A stretch of DNA of 64,000 nt from an uncultured Nitrospiraceae bacterium (GTDB lineage: Bacteria > Nitrospirota > Nitrospiria > Nitrospirales > Nitrospiraceae): contig CAVPLT010000001.1 in NCBI GenBank assembly GCA_963706325.1, forward strand, positions 448,001 to 512,000. Reading direction: 5' to 3'. A model generated the notes under the pieces. The model searched no databases. It saw only the letters and a list, made by a program, of their open reading frames with translations, and was not told the origin of the DNA. The position numbers and the translations under genes are program-made. Of the stretch, positions 9,801 through 21,442 are shown piece by piece. Position 1 is the first letter of the stretch; every line of letters starts with the position of its first letter.

Positions 9801-10253
9801 AAAGGTTGCGGCTTGTCCTAGCCGATGTCCAGCCTTGTTGATGACGCTCCACACAATTGCATTCTCGATCAGAAACCGGCGCCCGCTGTTGGAGATTCTG
9901 ACGCCCCGGTAGTTCTCTATGTAGCCCCGCGTTCGGGCGCGCTCGAGCATCCATTCTCGCTCGGCACGGTTGACGACTTCCGCCGTCAGCCGAGACGGCG
10001 TCTGCAGCAGCGCGTCCCATGTCGTCTCCCACAGGGAGAGAGCGAGATGCGATCCATAATTGAGAAGCGGATCCTCTTCAGTTCCATGGGAGACAACCAC
10101 GAACGGAGCCAAAAAGAGCGCGTGGGCCTCCGCCTCTTGTTCCCCTGTCCGCTCAAGCAAGTCCCGCCCCACCCAGTGACGGTAACTATTCAGCAGCAAC
10201 TGGGACCATTCAACGACCGTCGGCTGTCGCCACACCTGATTCGGATCGTCCAT
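9780..10253 (-). CDS. Stand-alone MEKHLA-domain protein
   Basis: LLNSYRHWVGRDL, APFVVVSHGTEEDPLLNYG, YRGVRIS...GQAATF. Confidence 0.85.
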   Translation of the reverse strand: MDDPNQVWRQPTVVEWSQLLLNSYRHWVGRDLLERTGEQEAEAHALFLAPFVVVSHGTEEDPLLNYGSHLALSLWETTWDALLQTPSRLTAEVVNRAEREWMLERARTRGYIENYRGVRISNSGRRFLIENAIVWSVINKAGHRLGQAATFSRWTFL

Positions 10254-10367
10254 GGCGTCCCCGATGGGATACACTCAGTACACAGCACAGACTCACAGAC
10301 TCGGCACCAATAGCCTCCAGAGGCTCGCTGCGTGATAGCATGACTGCTCGCCCGATTCAACGCGCGG

Positions 10368-10919
10368 CTACGCGGCGCTTTTTCGCAGATGACGGACAAA
10401 CAATGGCTGCCCGCCTGTTCCCATCAAGGTCATGATCAGGTCGCCGCGTCGCAGGTCGCTTCCGAATCCAATGGCTTCGCGGTCTTGTAACACAACTTCA
10501 CAGGACCATCTCTCGACGGGCTGATCCTGGCCCTTGGCCTTGTGAAGCAACCGACCTCTCTGGTCGACCTGATAGGTCATTTCCACCGGCACCGCTTCAA
10601 AGATTGTGTCTGGTTTGTCCAGAATGGGCCGGAGCGAGTGGGCTGATTTGACGGCGCCACGAGTTGAATATTGAAAGACTTGGTGAGGGAATAGATAAGG
10701 AGCCTGGGGATTTCTGAATCGATAGGGTGAATTGAATGCGACTAATTCCCAATTGCCAAGAACATCCCGGCGCGTGCAGGATCGGACATACCCTGCCTGA
10801 ATAGCCGATCCTGTTCTGATCAATGATTTCGCCATGGAGTGATCCTTCGCCTCCACTGGGCCATCACAAATCACGCCCACACACCCTGCCACGGCAAGCA
10901 AGCCTATCCAGCATTTCAT
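10368..10919 (-). CDS. Hypothetical exported protein
   Basis: Signal-peptide-like N-terminus; 183-aa ORF. Confidence 0.6.
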   Translation of the reverse strand: MKCWIGLLAVAGCVGVICDGPVEAKDHSMAKSLIRTGSAIQAGYVRSCTRRDVLGNWELVAFNSPYRFRNPQAPYLFPHQVFQYSTRGAVKSAHSLRPILDKPDTIFEAVPVEMTYQVDQRGRLLHKAKGQDQPVERWSCEVVLQDREAIGFGSDLRRGDLIMTLMGTGGQPLFVRHLRKSAA

Positions 10920-11010
10920 ACGATCCTCCGTCTCGTAGACGATCCCTCCCTGCTCGCGCTGTTACCTCAAGCCTAGCAGAGGACCGGACATCGTCAGAAA
11001 CTCAGCGATA

Positions 11011-11244
11011 TTAAGGGTCTTTCCGTATGTCTGCGGCAGGGGAAGGGGCCGGCAAAGATTTGGGGGCTCGCGGGAGCACACGGTATTCGATCAGCCGACA
11101 GGTGCAAAAGGAGACCTGTCGCCATTCTGCCGTAATTTTCACAATCGCCGATCCACAGATGGAGCAGCCGAGTGCTCGAGGATCGCGTTTAATAGTCCAG
11201 CGGGGAATGGTGATGCGTTCGCTGTGGCTCGGTTCCTGTTCCAT
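11011..11244 (-). CDS. Small Cys-containing hypothetical protein
   Basis: CSIC...CTC; 77-aa ORF. Confidence 0.4.
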   Translation of the reverse strand: MEQEPSHSERITIPRWTIKRDPRALGCSICGSAIVKITAEWRQVSFCTCRLIEYRVLPRAPKSLPAPSPAADIRKDP

Positions 11245-11308
11245 GGGGACGTTATCGGTCCCCGGTTTTAAAATCTAAAGCGGCACATTCTGCCTCAGCC
11301 CTTTACCC

Positions 11309-11339
11309 TTGATGCGGCAGGGCCGCTCGCATATATAAT
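11309..11339 (+). promoter_or_regulatory. Candidate sigma70 promoter for leuCD
   Basis: TTGATG at 11309 and TATATAAT at 11332-11339. Confidence 0.45.
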
Positions 11340-11404
11340 AGCCCCGCATCGGTCCCTGCGCGGCTCGCTTGTTGCCTCAGCGCAGACCTATAAGGAGTAC
11401 GGCC

Positions 11405-12808
11405 ATGGCTGCACAGACATTGTTCGATAAAATTTGGGATACGCACGTCGTTCGGGCAGAACCTGATGGCACCACGTTACTGTATATCGACCGCCAGCTT
11501 GTGCATGAAGTCACATCTCCGCAAGCGTTTGAGGGGTTGACGCTCGCCGCAAGGACGCCCCGTAGACCGGGCGCTGTTCTGGCTGTTCCAGACCATAATG
11601 TCCCCACTACAGACCGTGGCTTGGCGATTGCCGACCCGATCAGTGCCAAACAAATTCAAACGCTCCAAGATAACTGCGCGACTTTCGGCATTACATTTTT
11701 CGGGATGAACGATATTCGGCAGGGCGTAGTGCATATCATCGGCCCCGAACAGGGGTTCACCCTGCCAGGCATGACCATCGTCTGTGGCGATTCACATACC
11801 TCGACCCATGGAGCGTTTGGAGCGCTGGCGTTCGGCATCGGGACGAGCGAGGTTGAACATGTCTTAGCCACCCAGTGTTTGGTTCAGAAACGTCCCAAAA
11901 CCATGGAGATCCGAGTTGAGGGACAGCTCTCTTCTCGTTGCTCAGCCAAGGACGTGATCCTGGCGATTATCGGCAAAATCGGCACGGCCGGTGGAACGGG
12001 CTACGTGATTGAATACACCGGCTCTACGATCCGCGCACTCAGCATGGAAGGGCGCATGACCCTGTGCAATATGTCCATCGAAGGCGGGGCTCGCGCCGGC
12101 ATGGTGGCCCCGGATGACACCACCGTCGCCTACATTAAAGGTCGGCCGATGGCGCCGAAGGGAGCGCTCTGGGGCCAAGCCGTGGCAGCCTGGCGGCAAC
12201 TTACGACCGATCCCGGCGCTCGATACGATGCCGTGGTGGAATTGCGAGCCGAAACGATCGCACCCCAGGTCACCTGGGGTACCAGCCCGGGAATGGTCAC
12301 CGGTGTGGATGGGAACGTGCCGGACCCTCGAAGCATGAAGGACGAGAAACTCCGCCAGTCTACCGAACAAGCCCTCGAGTACATGGCGTTGTCGCCCGGA
12401 ATGCCGATCCGCGATATCAAGATCGACACCGTATTTATCGGATCCTGCACCAATGCGCGGATCGAAGACCTTCGCCTCGCCGCATCGTTCGCCAAGGGCA
12501 AGAAAGTTGCCGATAGCGTGCACGCGATGGTGGTGCCTGGTTCCGGCCTCGTGAAACAGCAGGCGGAACAAGAGGGACTTGATCGCATTTTCAAAGAATC
12601 GGGATTCGAATGGCGGGATGCGGGATGCAGTATGTGCCTCGCCATGAATGCCGACGTGCTGAAGCCGGGGGAACGCTGCGCGTCCACCAGCAACCGGAAT
12701 TTTGAAGGACGCCAGGGAGCCGGCGGACGGACCCACTTGGTGTCTCCTGCGATGGCCGTGGCCGCCGCTATCGAGGGACATTTCGTGGATATTCGTCACT
12801 GGGCATAA
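11405..12808 (+). CDS. leuC: 3-isopropylmalate dehydratase large subunit
   Basis: [57 protein letters not shown]. Confidence 0.97.
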   Translation: MAAQTLFDKIWDTHVVRAEPDGTTLLYIDRQLVHEVTSPQAFEGLTLAARTPRRPGAVLAVPDHNVPTTDRGLAIADPISAKQIQTLQDNCATFGITFFGMNDIRQGVVHIIGPEQGFTLPGMTIVCGDSHTSTHGAFGALAFGIGTSEVEHVLATQCLVQKRPKTMEIRVEGQLSSRCSAKDVILAIIGKIGTAGGTGYVIEYTGSTIRALSMEGRMTLCNMSIEGGARAGMVAPDDTTVAYIKGRPMAPKGALWGQAVAAWRQLTTDPGARYDAVVELRAETIAPQVTWGTSPGMVTGVDGNVPDPRSMKDEKLRQSTEQALEYMALSPGMPIRDIKIDTVFIGSCTNARIEDLRLAASFAKGKKVADSVHAMVVPGSGLVKQQAEQEGLDRIFKESGFEWRDAGCSMCLAMNADVLKPGERCASTSNRNFEGRQGAGGRTHLVSPAMAVAAAIEGHFVDIRHWA

Positions 12809-12879
12809 TCTACGTACGCCCTTGTTCACGGTAGGCATCGCAACGCATGAAGCTCGAGAAGAGAGACTGAGGACACATT

Positions 12880-13518
12880 ATGGACGCATTCACCACACTC
12901 ACAGGCTGGGTTGCTCCGCTAGACCGACTGAATGTCGATACCGATCAGATTATCCCAAAACAGTTTTTGAAGACGATAAAACGGACCGGTCTGCGAGAAG
13001 GCCTGTTTTATGATTGGCGGCGGCGCAAGGATGGTTCGCAGGATCCCACCTTCTTCTTGAACCAACCCCGTTACCAACAAGCCAGCATTCTCTTGGCGCG
13101 GGACAACTTCGGCTGCGGATCCTCGCGTGAACATGCGCCATGGGCATTACTTGATCAAGGTTTTCGGTGCGTGCTCGCCCCGAGCTTCGCGGACATTTTC
13201 TACAATAACTGCTTCCAAAACGGCATGTTGCCGGTGGTATTGAAGGGACATGAAATCCAAGCGCTATTCGAGGGCGTCATGGCCCGAGAAGGATATCGAC
13301 TCACGGTGGACCTCGCGGCTCAACGTGTGACGACGCCGGAAGGCGCCGCCTATCATTTCGACATCGATCCGTTTCGAAAGGATTGCCTGTACCGCGGCTT
13401 GGATGCGATTGGTCTCACCCTCCAGCATGTTGATCAGATCGCGCAGTATGAGCAACGCCGTCGCACGCAAGCCCCCTGGCTCTTCCAGGATGTGGCCTCC
13501 ACGACGGGAACGGCATGA
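12880..13518 (+). CDS. leuD: 3-isopropylmalate dehydratase small subunit
   Basis: [28 protein letters not shown]. Confidence 0.97.
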   Translation: MDAFTTLTGWVAPLDRLNVDTDQIIPKQFLKTIKRTGLREGLFYDWRRRKDGSQDPTFFLNQPRYQQASILLARDNFGCGSSREHAPWALLDQGFRCVLAPSFADIFYNNCFQNGMLPVVLKGHEIQALFEGVMAREGYRLTVDLAAQRVTTPEGAAYHFDIDPFRKDCLYRGLDAIGLTLQHVDQIAQYEQRRRTQAPWLFQDVASTTGTA

Positions 13519-13862
13519 CCGCGAAAATATTCTTTACCTTGTCGGTGTTCTTGGGAGCCGCCTACCTCTTAGTCATCTTCAATTGGAGTTATTCCGATGG
13601 AGATCGCGTGGGTTATCTTCAGAAACTGTCGCGGAAAGGGTGGGTCTGCAAGACTCAGGAAGGCGAACTGGCCATGACGACGGTGCCCGGCGTCGCGCCG
13701 CTCCTATGGAATTTCAGCGTGTGGGATGATACCGTCGCGAAAAAACTCGATGGGCAAATGGGGAAGCGAGTAGTCCTTCATTATAGGGAATTCCGCTACA
13801 TCCCGACCACCTGCTTTGGAGAAACCACCTACTTCGTGGATCGCGTGGAGATCTTGGACTAA
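13515..13862 (+). CDS. Conserved membrane-anchored hypothetical protein
   Basis: [27 protein letters not shown]; start overlaps leuD stop. Confidence 0.75.
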   Translation: MTAKIFFTLSVFLGAAYLLVIFNWSYSDGDRVGYLQKLSRKGWVCKTQEGELAMTTVPGVAPLLWNFSVWDDTVAKKLDGQMGKRVVLHYREFRYIPTTCFGETTYFVDRVEILD

Positions 13863-13869
13863 GTCTGCG

Positions 13870-14929
13870 TCACAGCCATTTCTTCTGCTTGAAGAAGTAC
13901 AGCATGGCCGTCCCCGTCATGGCCATCACTCCAAGCACGACCGGATATCCCCAGGTTGATTTCAGTTCAGGCATGTGCTCAAAGTTCATTCCATAGATAC
14001 TGGCGATAAAACTGAGCGGCATGAAAATCGTCGTGATGATCGTCAGCACCTTCATCACACCATTCAACCGATAACTCACGCTCGACAGATACACTTCCAT
14101 CATGGATGATACCATTTCCCGCAACGTTTCAATGGTATCGCCGATTTGAATGATGTGATCATACACGTCTCGAAAGAAGACTTTTGTCGAGCCCTGTAAG
14201 AATTGACCATCCGAACGCGAGAGATTGTTCATGACATCGCGAAGCGGCCAGACGGAGCGACGCAAGAACAGAAGCTGCCGTTTGAGCGCATGAATATCAC
14301 GCAGCGTTTCCGGTCCAGGATTCGTAATACAGAGATCCTGTAATGCTTCAATCCTCTCTCCCAAGGTTTCGAGAATGATGAAGTATCGATCCACAATCGA
14401 GTCCATCAGGGCATACAAAAGATAATCGGCTCCCGCATGCCTGAGGCGGCCTTTGCCGTTTCTCAGGCGTTCCTTCACGCCTTCAAAGACATCGCCACCG
14501 TTCTCCTGGAACGACAAGAGAAAATTTTCCCCAAAGACAAGGCTTACCTGTTCGACATTGATATCGCCGTGCCGCTGCCCCTCATACAGCATCTTCAGCA
14601 CAACATAGCCGTAGGCCCCATAATCATCGAGCTTCGGACGCTGGTCGGTATTGGCGATGTCCTCGAGCAACAACGGATGGAGGCCGAACATTTTCCCGAA
14701 GGCCTCCAAGCACGTCCATCTTATGGATGCCCCCGATATCCACCCACCGGACAATCGGCTCACCGGCCATGGCTATGTCGGCCGGCTTTGCAACAGTCCG
14801 TTCTTGGAACCGGCCTTCGCCGTATTCGTAGACAGCGATAGTGACCGTATCTGACTTTTTCTCACCGATGTGGACCAGCGTGCCAGGCGGCAAGCCGGAC
14901 TTGCGGGAACGTTTGTGCATCAGCTTCAT
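13870..14929 (-). CDS. corA: Magnesium/cobalt transporter CorA with one frameshift near 14705
   Basis: N-terminus GLPPGTLVHIG in 14624-14929; FGLHPLLLEDI...YGMNF in 13870-14763; one extra base joins them. Confidence 0.9.
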
Positions 14930-15039
14930 GGTGGATCCAGCTTGTACGCGGATCCTCAGAGAGCGTCAAGCGTCTCTCCACGCCAATCCACTCTACGCTT
15001 TGTTCTCGCCCCGAGACCTGATACGCTGAAGCGACGTGC

Positions 15040-15882
15040 ATGGACATTCTTCGCGATCCTGGAGCCAGCCTGCCGATGCAACATGAACTCGCCACCCTAT
15101 CAGGCGCCATGCTACGCGCTGGTCACCAAGCTATTCGCTTGGCCGCCGAGGGGTTTGAGACCTTTACCAAGCAGGACCACTCTCCTGTGACGTCAGCTGA
15201 TCTGGCCGTGAATGAGATCCTTCGGGAGAGCTTGTCGAATGCTTTCCCCGAAGACGGTTGGTTGTCTGAGGAAACACCAGATAACTCGGAGCGGCTGGAT
15301 AAGAAGCGCGTGTGGATCGTCGATCCAATCGACGGAACGCGGTCATTCGTGCGAGGCCTCCCGGAATTCTGCCTGTCCGTGGCGCTCATCGAAAATGGCG
15401 TCCCGATGGTCGCGGCTATTTTTAATCCCTCCACCGGCGAGTTTTTTTCGGCCATTCGTGGCCAGGGCATGCGCCTCGATCATCACCCGGATGCCGGCCA
15501 GCCTCCGTTCGGCCCACTCGAACGACCTCTCGCACTCGTGAATCCAGGGGAGCTGCGAATCGGCCGTTTTCAGGCTCTGGAGCCTCACATGCGGTGCCGA
15601 CCGATTGGATCGATCGCCTACGCCCTCGCCTTGGTCGCGGCAGGACAAGCCGACGCGGCAGTGACTTTGGAGGGAGGAAACGAATGGGACGTCGCCGCCG
15701 GCATTCTGTTGATCGAAGAAAGTGGAGGACGCGCCACCACGGCATCAGGCCATCCATTTTTATTCAACCGCCCCGATCCTCGACTGCAAGGAACGTTGGC
15801 TCTAGGCGCTGACGTAGCCGGGGCCGTGCGTGCTCAGATTCTGCAGCTCGGCATGTCAGGATCCCGCTCTCGGCCCCGCTGA
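15040..15882 (+). CDS. Inositol monophosphatase / CysQ family phosphatase
   Basis: LSEE, WIVDPIDGTRSF, WDVAAG motifs. Confidence 0.9.
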   Translation: MDILRDPGASLPMQHELATLSGAMLRAGHQAIRLAAEGFETFTKQDHSPVTSADLAVNEILRESLSNAFPEDGWLSEETPDNSERLDKKRVWIVDPIDGTRSFVRGLPEFCLSVALIENGVPMVAAIFNPSTGEFFSAIRGQGMRLDHHPDAGQPPFGPLERPLALVNPGELRIGRFQALEPHMRCRPIGSIAYALALVAAGQADAAVTLEGGNEWDVAAGILLIEESGGRATTASGHPFLFNRPDPRLQGTLALGADVAGAVRAQILQLGMSGSRSRPR

Positions 15883-16085
15883 GCTTTCAAGTGGACGCTC
15901 TTCTCTGTACGATACCCCTATCGAAGATTTTTTATGAGTGCCGTCGCATGGCGTCTGAAGTTGACGGCCTGCGGAAACTCGTCTGCAATCCCGAAAGGGC
16001 CGGGCACCAGGTCCCTCGGATGGAAGGCAGACGACGATGCAGGCAGCCACGATCGGCCGCTTCGCCTAGACCAGGGAGGTTTCCC

Positions 16086-16961
16086 ATGAATGTGGCGTTA
16101 TTGGGCACAGGATTATTGGGGCAGGCGGTCGCCGACCGATTGCAGTCCACCGGCCACAAGCTGACTGCCTACAACCGTTCTCATGAAAAAACGCGATCGC
16201 TACAGCAACGAGGTGTCCGAATCGCCGCCACGGCCGAGGAGGCCATGTCCGGTTCGAAGGTGGTTTTGCTTCTGCTTGCAGACGCGGCGGCCATTCGCTC
16301 CGTCCTATTCAATCCCGCCACCACCGCGGCCATTCAAGGGCGCACCATTATCCAAATGGGCACGATCGGTCCGGCGGAGAGCCGAGTGCTCCAGGAGGAG
16401 ATTGAGCGGCTCGGCGGTCATTACCTGGAGGCACCGGTGCTTGGAAGCATCGCAGAGGCACAGGCGGGCACCCTCTTGATCATGGTCGGTGGAACCCCGG
16501 AGCAATATGCGGAATTTGTCCCGCTTCTGCATTCTTTGGGGTCTGAGATACAGCTTATCGGTCCGGCTGGAAAAGCCGCGGGATTGAAATTAGCGTTGAA
16601 TCAGCTTATTGCCGCAGAGATGGCGGCTTTTTCCTTGAGCTTGGGCTTGGTGCGGCGAGAGGGCGTTGCCGTGGAGAGCTTTATGGGAATTTTGCGAAAA
16701 AGCGCACTGTATGCGCCCATGTTCGATAAGAAACTCGCTCGTCTGACAGGGCGGAATTACGAAAACCCAAATTTTTCCACAGGTCACATGCTGAAGGATG
16801 TGGAGTTATTCATCAATGCCGCAGAATCCGCGCACCTGGCGACCGGAAGTCTTCAGGGAATACGGTCCTTGCTCTTAGAAGCTATTGCCCAAGGATTGGG
16901 ATCCGTTGATTATTCAGCTCTTTATGAGGCGATTGATCCGGCAGAAGACCGTCAGCCATAG
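16086..16961 (+). CDS. NAD(P)-dependent beta-hydroxyacid dehydrogenase family
   Basis: LGTGLLG, EAPVLGS, LKLALNQL, KD motifs; GGAGG RBS. Confidence 0.88.
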   Translation: MNVALLGTGLLGQAVADRLQSTGHKLTAYNRSHEKTRSLQQRGVRIAATAEEAMSGSKVVLLLLADAAAIRSVLFNPATTAAIQGRTIIQMGTIGPAESRVLQEEIERLGGHYLEAPVLGSIAEAQAGTLLIMVGGTPEQYAEFVPLLHSLGSEIQLIGPAGKAAGLKLALNQLIAAEMAAFSLSLGLVRREGVAVESFMGILRKSALYAPMFDKKLARLTGRNYENPNFSTGHMLKDVELFINAAESAHLATGSLQGIRSLLLEAIAQGLGSVDYSALYEAIDPAEDRQP

Positions 16962-16964
16962 CAG

Positions 16965-17450
16965 TTACTGCGGCGACCGATCCTTGAGAAGGCTCTGGTT
17001 ATCGACTGCTGAGTGAACCTTCAAGAGGTGAAACCGGCCACCAGACTTCTTCGGAGCCGCATCACGCTCGATGCGCGTATACCACCATCGGCCGTCGCCT
17101 TCCGAAAAGTTCTCGGACAGCGTGATTTCGAATCCACCTTCACGGTCGTTCTCATGCTGAGCCCAGGCCCCCGCCCAGCGATGATCGGAAAGCAGGTCAG
17201 TTCGAAAGTGACCGCCTTTAAAATCATACGTACCGTTGCCGAATCGATCCAGCCTCAGCGGCACCACCACCCCGCCCTCCTCATATTCCCATTCGCCTGC
17301 CAGGACAGCATCCTTCTCCGCCTGGGCGGCATCTTCCAACGGGACAGACTCGCTCGGTGAAGCAGAACTTAATATGGGCACATGACCGCAGGCTTGAAAA
17401 GCCATTGCGCTGAAACAAATTGCCATCAACGTCAACACGGAGTGTTTCAT
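16965..17450 (-). CDS. Hypothetical lipoprotein
   Basis: FQAC lipobox-like signal. Confidence 0.6.
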   Translation of the reverse strand: MKHSVLTLMAICFSAMAFQACGHVPILSSASPSESVPLEDAAQAEKDAVLAGEWEYEEGGVVVPLRLDRFGNGTYDFKGGHFRTDLLSDHRWAGAWAQHENDREGGFEITLSENFSEGDGRWWYTRIERDAAPKKSGGRFHLLKVHSAVDNQSLLKDRSPQ

Positions 17451-17518
17451 ATGTGGTTCCTATGATTTCCTAGATCGATACGAGCCCCCTCGGTGCCTCG
17501 CCCTACATTCTTCATAAC

Positions 17519-17956
17519 ATGCGTTCGAGCCTTGCTCAAGCCTCCATTCTTTTTTTGCTCATATGCACCAAGAGGTCTTGCTGCACGAAGGGACTCCAGA
17601 GTGTGCATCTGAATCACTCAAATAATCGAGTCCATGCCAAAGCGCTGATTGCGACAATGGAGCCCCCAAACGTCGTCCTGCTGGATATCGCGTTGCCCGA
17701 TACGAACGGTCTAGACCTTCTCGCTTACCTGCGGACACAGACGCACTGGCAGAAGACGGCCGTCGCCCTGCTCACGACCGGCGCCGATAACCTCGATATG
17801 CGCCAAGCGGCTCTCCTCGGCGTCGACGACTATATTCTCAAACCTGTCGGCCCTACCAAACTGGCCATAAGGCTCAATCGCCTGTTGAGGGATTCGCAAA
17901 AGAAACAGACCCGGGTGGCCTGGAGCACCGGCTCCTTGGCCATCCGGCAATTGTAG
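17519..17956 (+). pseudogene. Response-regulator receiver domain, apparently N-terminally degenerate
   Basis: VVLLDIALPDTNGLDLL...LLT...DDYILKP present; N-terminal acidic pair not recognisable. Confidence 0.55.
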
Positions 17957-18133
17957 TGCATGTACGCAATTCAATGCACATTTATGCTTCACAAGTGCAG
18001 ATATAGCCAACTGAACGCCGTATGGAAGCTGATCGAGCTATACCGCGGATATCAGGGAAGAAAGCTAAGTGGGCCGCGATGCTAAGAGCCGCTTCCGAGC
18101 AGGCACCGTGAGGCATGCAGATGTGTACCTAGG

Positions 18134-21100
18134 TCATGCGGTCAGTTGCTCGATGCGGCGTAGCATCGTCTGGATGTAGCTGTCTTGGTCCTCCTCTTGG
18201 AACAGGATGTGCCGCTTATTCATCGCCTTCTTGTCCACCCCCCAGAGCATCTTCATGGTATGCGACGGCGTGTTTGAAATGATGAATGAGTCCAGCACCA
18301 CCTTCGGATCTCCGAGCCGCTGCTCGATCTTCTTAATTGTCCTCGTAAAACTGGATCTTCAGATCGTCCGCGCCGATGTTTCGGATGCCCTTCGGATCGA
18401 CGAAGATCACATGCTGACTATCACCCAACAGCAGCCACAGGATGAAGTCGGGGTGGAAGTTACCGGCCTCAAAGAAGCCGACGCCGCGCCCCTTGCTCAG
18501 ATTGCGAAGCAGGTAGAGCTCCCTGCTCTTGAAGAAGTCGACGTTGTCCATCATGGAATGCCTTGAGATCCTCGACGAACTGGCGCTCGCCCTTGTTGAG
18601 CGGGGCGGGGCTGATCTCGACAATGTTCGTGTCCAGATAGAGCAGTGGCTGATACAGGTGTCTGCCGAACCAGATGGCCTTCATGCCCTGGAACTCCCAA
18701 GGCTTGAGGTCACCCTTCTCGATCGCGGCCTTGAGCTCCTCGAGCTTGGCGACGATCTCTTCCTGCGATTTGTCGATCAGGATGCGGTAGTAGCCCTTGT
18801 CCGGTGATTCCTTCACGCACAGGAAGTTCGGATCGTCTCCCTCCAGATCGCGATACTCCAGGTGCGGCAGCTCCCACTCACGCTTGCGGAAGGTGTAGTA
18901 GCGCTCGGTGTACTTCTTGAGCAGCGACAAGGCGATCTCTTCCCACAGCCGCACCTTCTCGAATGAATCGAAGGCCAGCTCCTCGGCGGGAATCAGCAGC
19001 CGGTACCAGCTCTGATCGGCGAGCAGCGCCTCGATTCCCTGCCGCGTCAGGTTCAGGTTGTACCAGCCTCGCTCCGCCTTGAACCGCTCCAGCTCGAAGT
19101 AGAGGCGGTCGAGATCGAGGAAGGCCACATGCCGGGCGCGTCAGAGTGAGTCTCATTCGGCACGGCATCCGCGTCACCGCCCACCAGGCCGCCCGACTTC
19201 ATCGCCTGGATCTTCGGGTACCAGTTGAGTACGACCTGGTTCTTCTGCAGGTACTCCGTCGCTCCGATCGTCCGGCGGGGTCCGGCTTGGCCAGTGTCGG
19301 CACCGGCGCAAGCTTGCGAAACGCGTCGCCGAACTCGGTGCTCACGCCGTTGATCGTCTTCTTGAGGCGGATCGTCTTGAGCTTCTGCGTGCCGAGGTTC
19401 TTGATGACCGGCAGCAGGAACTCGATGCGGTCGTCGTTGGTGGGCAGCCCCTCCTCTTCGAGGAAGTCGCGGAACTGCGCCATGTAGTCGGCGTGGATGC
19501 CGAAGATGCCGAGCGTCTCCAGCACGCTGATGTGCTTGGGTCGCTCGACGCCTTCCGGCAGCTGGGCCTTGCCGCTGCGCTTGAGGCTCATGTCGTAGCC
19601 CTTGAGGCGCACGCCGCGACCGAAGAGCTGGATGATCTGCGCGCCTTCTCCCTTGCCGACGTTCATCAGGCCCATGGTGCGAGACGCGCCAACTGCTCCA
19701 GCCCTCGGTGAACTTCTTCGAGCCGATCAGCAGGTTCACCGTCGAGTGCGGCTGTATTGATCTCGTGGAAGAGCGATCCCGAGAACTCGCGATCGCCGGT
19801 GGCGAGGCCGTTCTCCTCGCACAGCTTCACCAGCTTGGCATCGTCGCCCACGTTGATGACGCCGAAGGCCTCGTTCTCGGCGCCCAGCCGCAGCGCCACT
19901 TCGCCGGTCGCGCCCTTCAGGTTCTCGACGTAGAGCTGGCCGCCGCCCGGCGCGTTGAAGAGCGTCGCGAGCGTCTCGTCGAAGACCTGCGCCGGCGAGA
20001 GGCCACACGTGTTGAGATACGTGAAGCGCCCGGCAAACAGGTTCTTGCCCGTCGCGGTGACGAGCCCCTGGTTCAGCACGCGCTCGATGCGCTGGATGCT
20101 GCCCGTCCGGTCTGCCACGTAGCGGGCCAGGAACTGCAGGATCTCGACGATGTCCGAAGCATCCCGCGTCGCCAGCGTCGCTGTCACACTGCCGCCGACG
20201 AAGATCCACAAGCGGCTTCTCGATGTTGAATGGCCGGAACGACGCCTCCTGTTCGCGGTACAGCCGCTGCTGCTGAAAGAACGACAGCAGGCAGGCCACC
20301 AGATACAGCTCCAGGTGGTTCTGCTGCGTTCCCTCGTCGAGGTTCAGGATCTGGTAGTCCTTGCCGAAGCCGTCGCCGTAGAAGTAGCGGTAGGAGTAGT
20401 CGAAGAGCGTGCTCTTGGCGTAGAGCTCGGTGAGCTTGGGCTTGCCCTTGACCGCCTGTCCGAACGTGGCCGAGTACTCGAACGAGAAGCCCTTCTCGCA
20501 GAGCGCGTTGCGGAAGCGCATCCACGCGCCTTCTTCGCCGCCGCTGGCGCCACGATGGCCCTCGTCCACCAGCACCAGGTTGTTGCCCTCGAAGGCGTCG
20601 ATGGCGATCGTCTTGTCGCCCATGTCCTCGCGCAGCCTGGTGACTTCGAGGATCTCGACCGCGCGCCCGGCGAAGAGTCCGCGCCCGTCCTTGTTGAACA
20701 GCTCCGCGTCGATGCCTGCCGTCTCGAACTCGCGCAGGTGCTGCTGCGACAGCCCCTCGTTGGGCGTGAGCAGGAGGATGCGGTTCAGCTCGCGGCCGCC
20801 GGCCATGCTTCTCCAAGCTAGTGCTGATACTGGAGGATGTTGGCGTGCATCAGCAGCGTCTTGCCGCTGCCGGTGGCGCTCCAGTAGGCCAGCTTGTTGA
20901 GCTGCGGCCAGGCTTCGGCGGCCTCGTCGAAGGGCGCAATCTGGTCTGCCTCAGGCTTGTCCGCATTGTAGGCGGCCACCTGCGCGTTCAGCACCGCGAG
21001 CAGCGCCTTGGGATCGCGGAAGTAGCGGTCGAGGTAGATCTCGGTGAACAGCAGCGTCAGGTACTGGAAGTACTTCCAGACGATCGGCTCCTCGCCGCGC

Positions 21101-21442
21101 GTAATGCGTTGCTCGTTCAGTCGCTGCGTGTGCCGTGACGATGTTCTGGTCGTATTCCAGCAGCAGATCGGTGGGCAGGTGCGTCAGGTTGAAGAGTTGC
21201 GCTGTGAGCGCGTGATGGAAGTGATGAATGTTGTTCTCGTCCAGACCTTCGAGTGCCTCGTTCCGCAGGTGCTCGGCCAGCTCCTCGAAGCGCTTCACGT
21301 TGAACAGCGAGAGCAGCCACTGGTTGAGCACCAGCTTGTAGGCGAACGGTATCTGTGGCCGGTTGTTGGCGCGACCGCGCGGCGCGGTGGGTGCGGCGGC
21401 GGTCGCTCCAGTGGCGTTCCTGCGTGGACGTCCGCGCGGCAT
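18134..21442 (-). CDS. res: Type III restriction endonuclease Res subunit, split by about 8 frameshifts
   Basis: Stitched fragments give ATGSGKT Walker [18 protein letters not shown] and C-terminal FHPDF...FVDPKG nuclease motif. Confidence 0.85.

Noticed and set aside
11245..11404. Leu-codon attenuator before leuC
   Set aside because: No Leu-rich leader ORF or terminator hairpin is visible.
14695..14715. Programmed frameshift in corA
   Set aside because: No slippery sequence; similar isolated indels elsewhere point to sequencing error.
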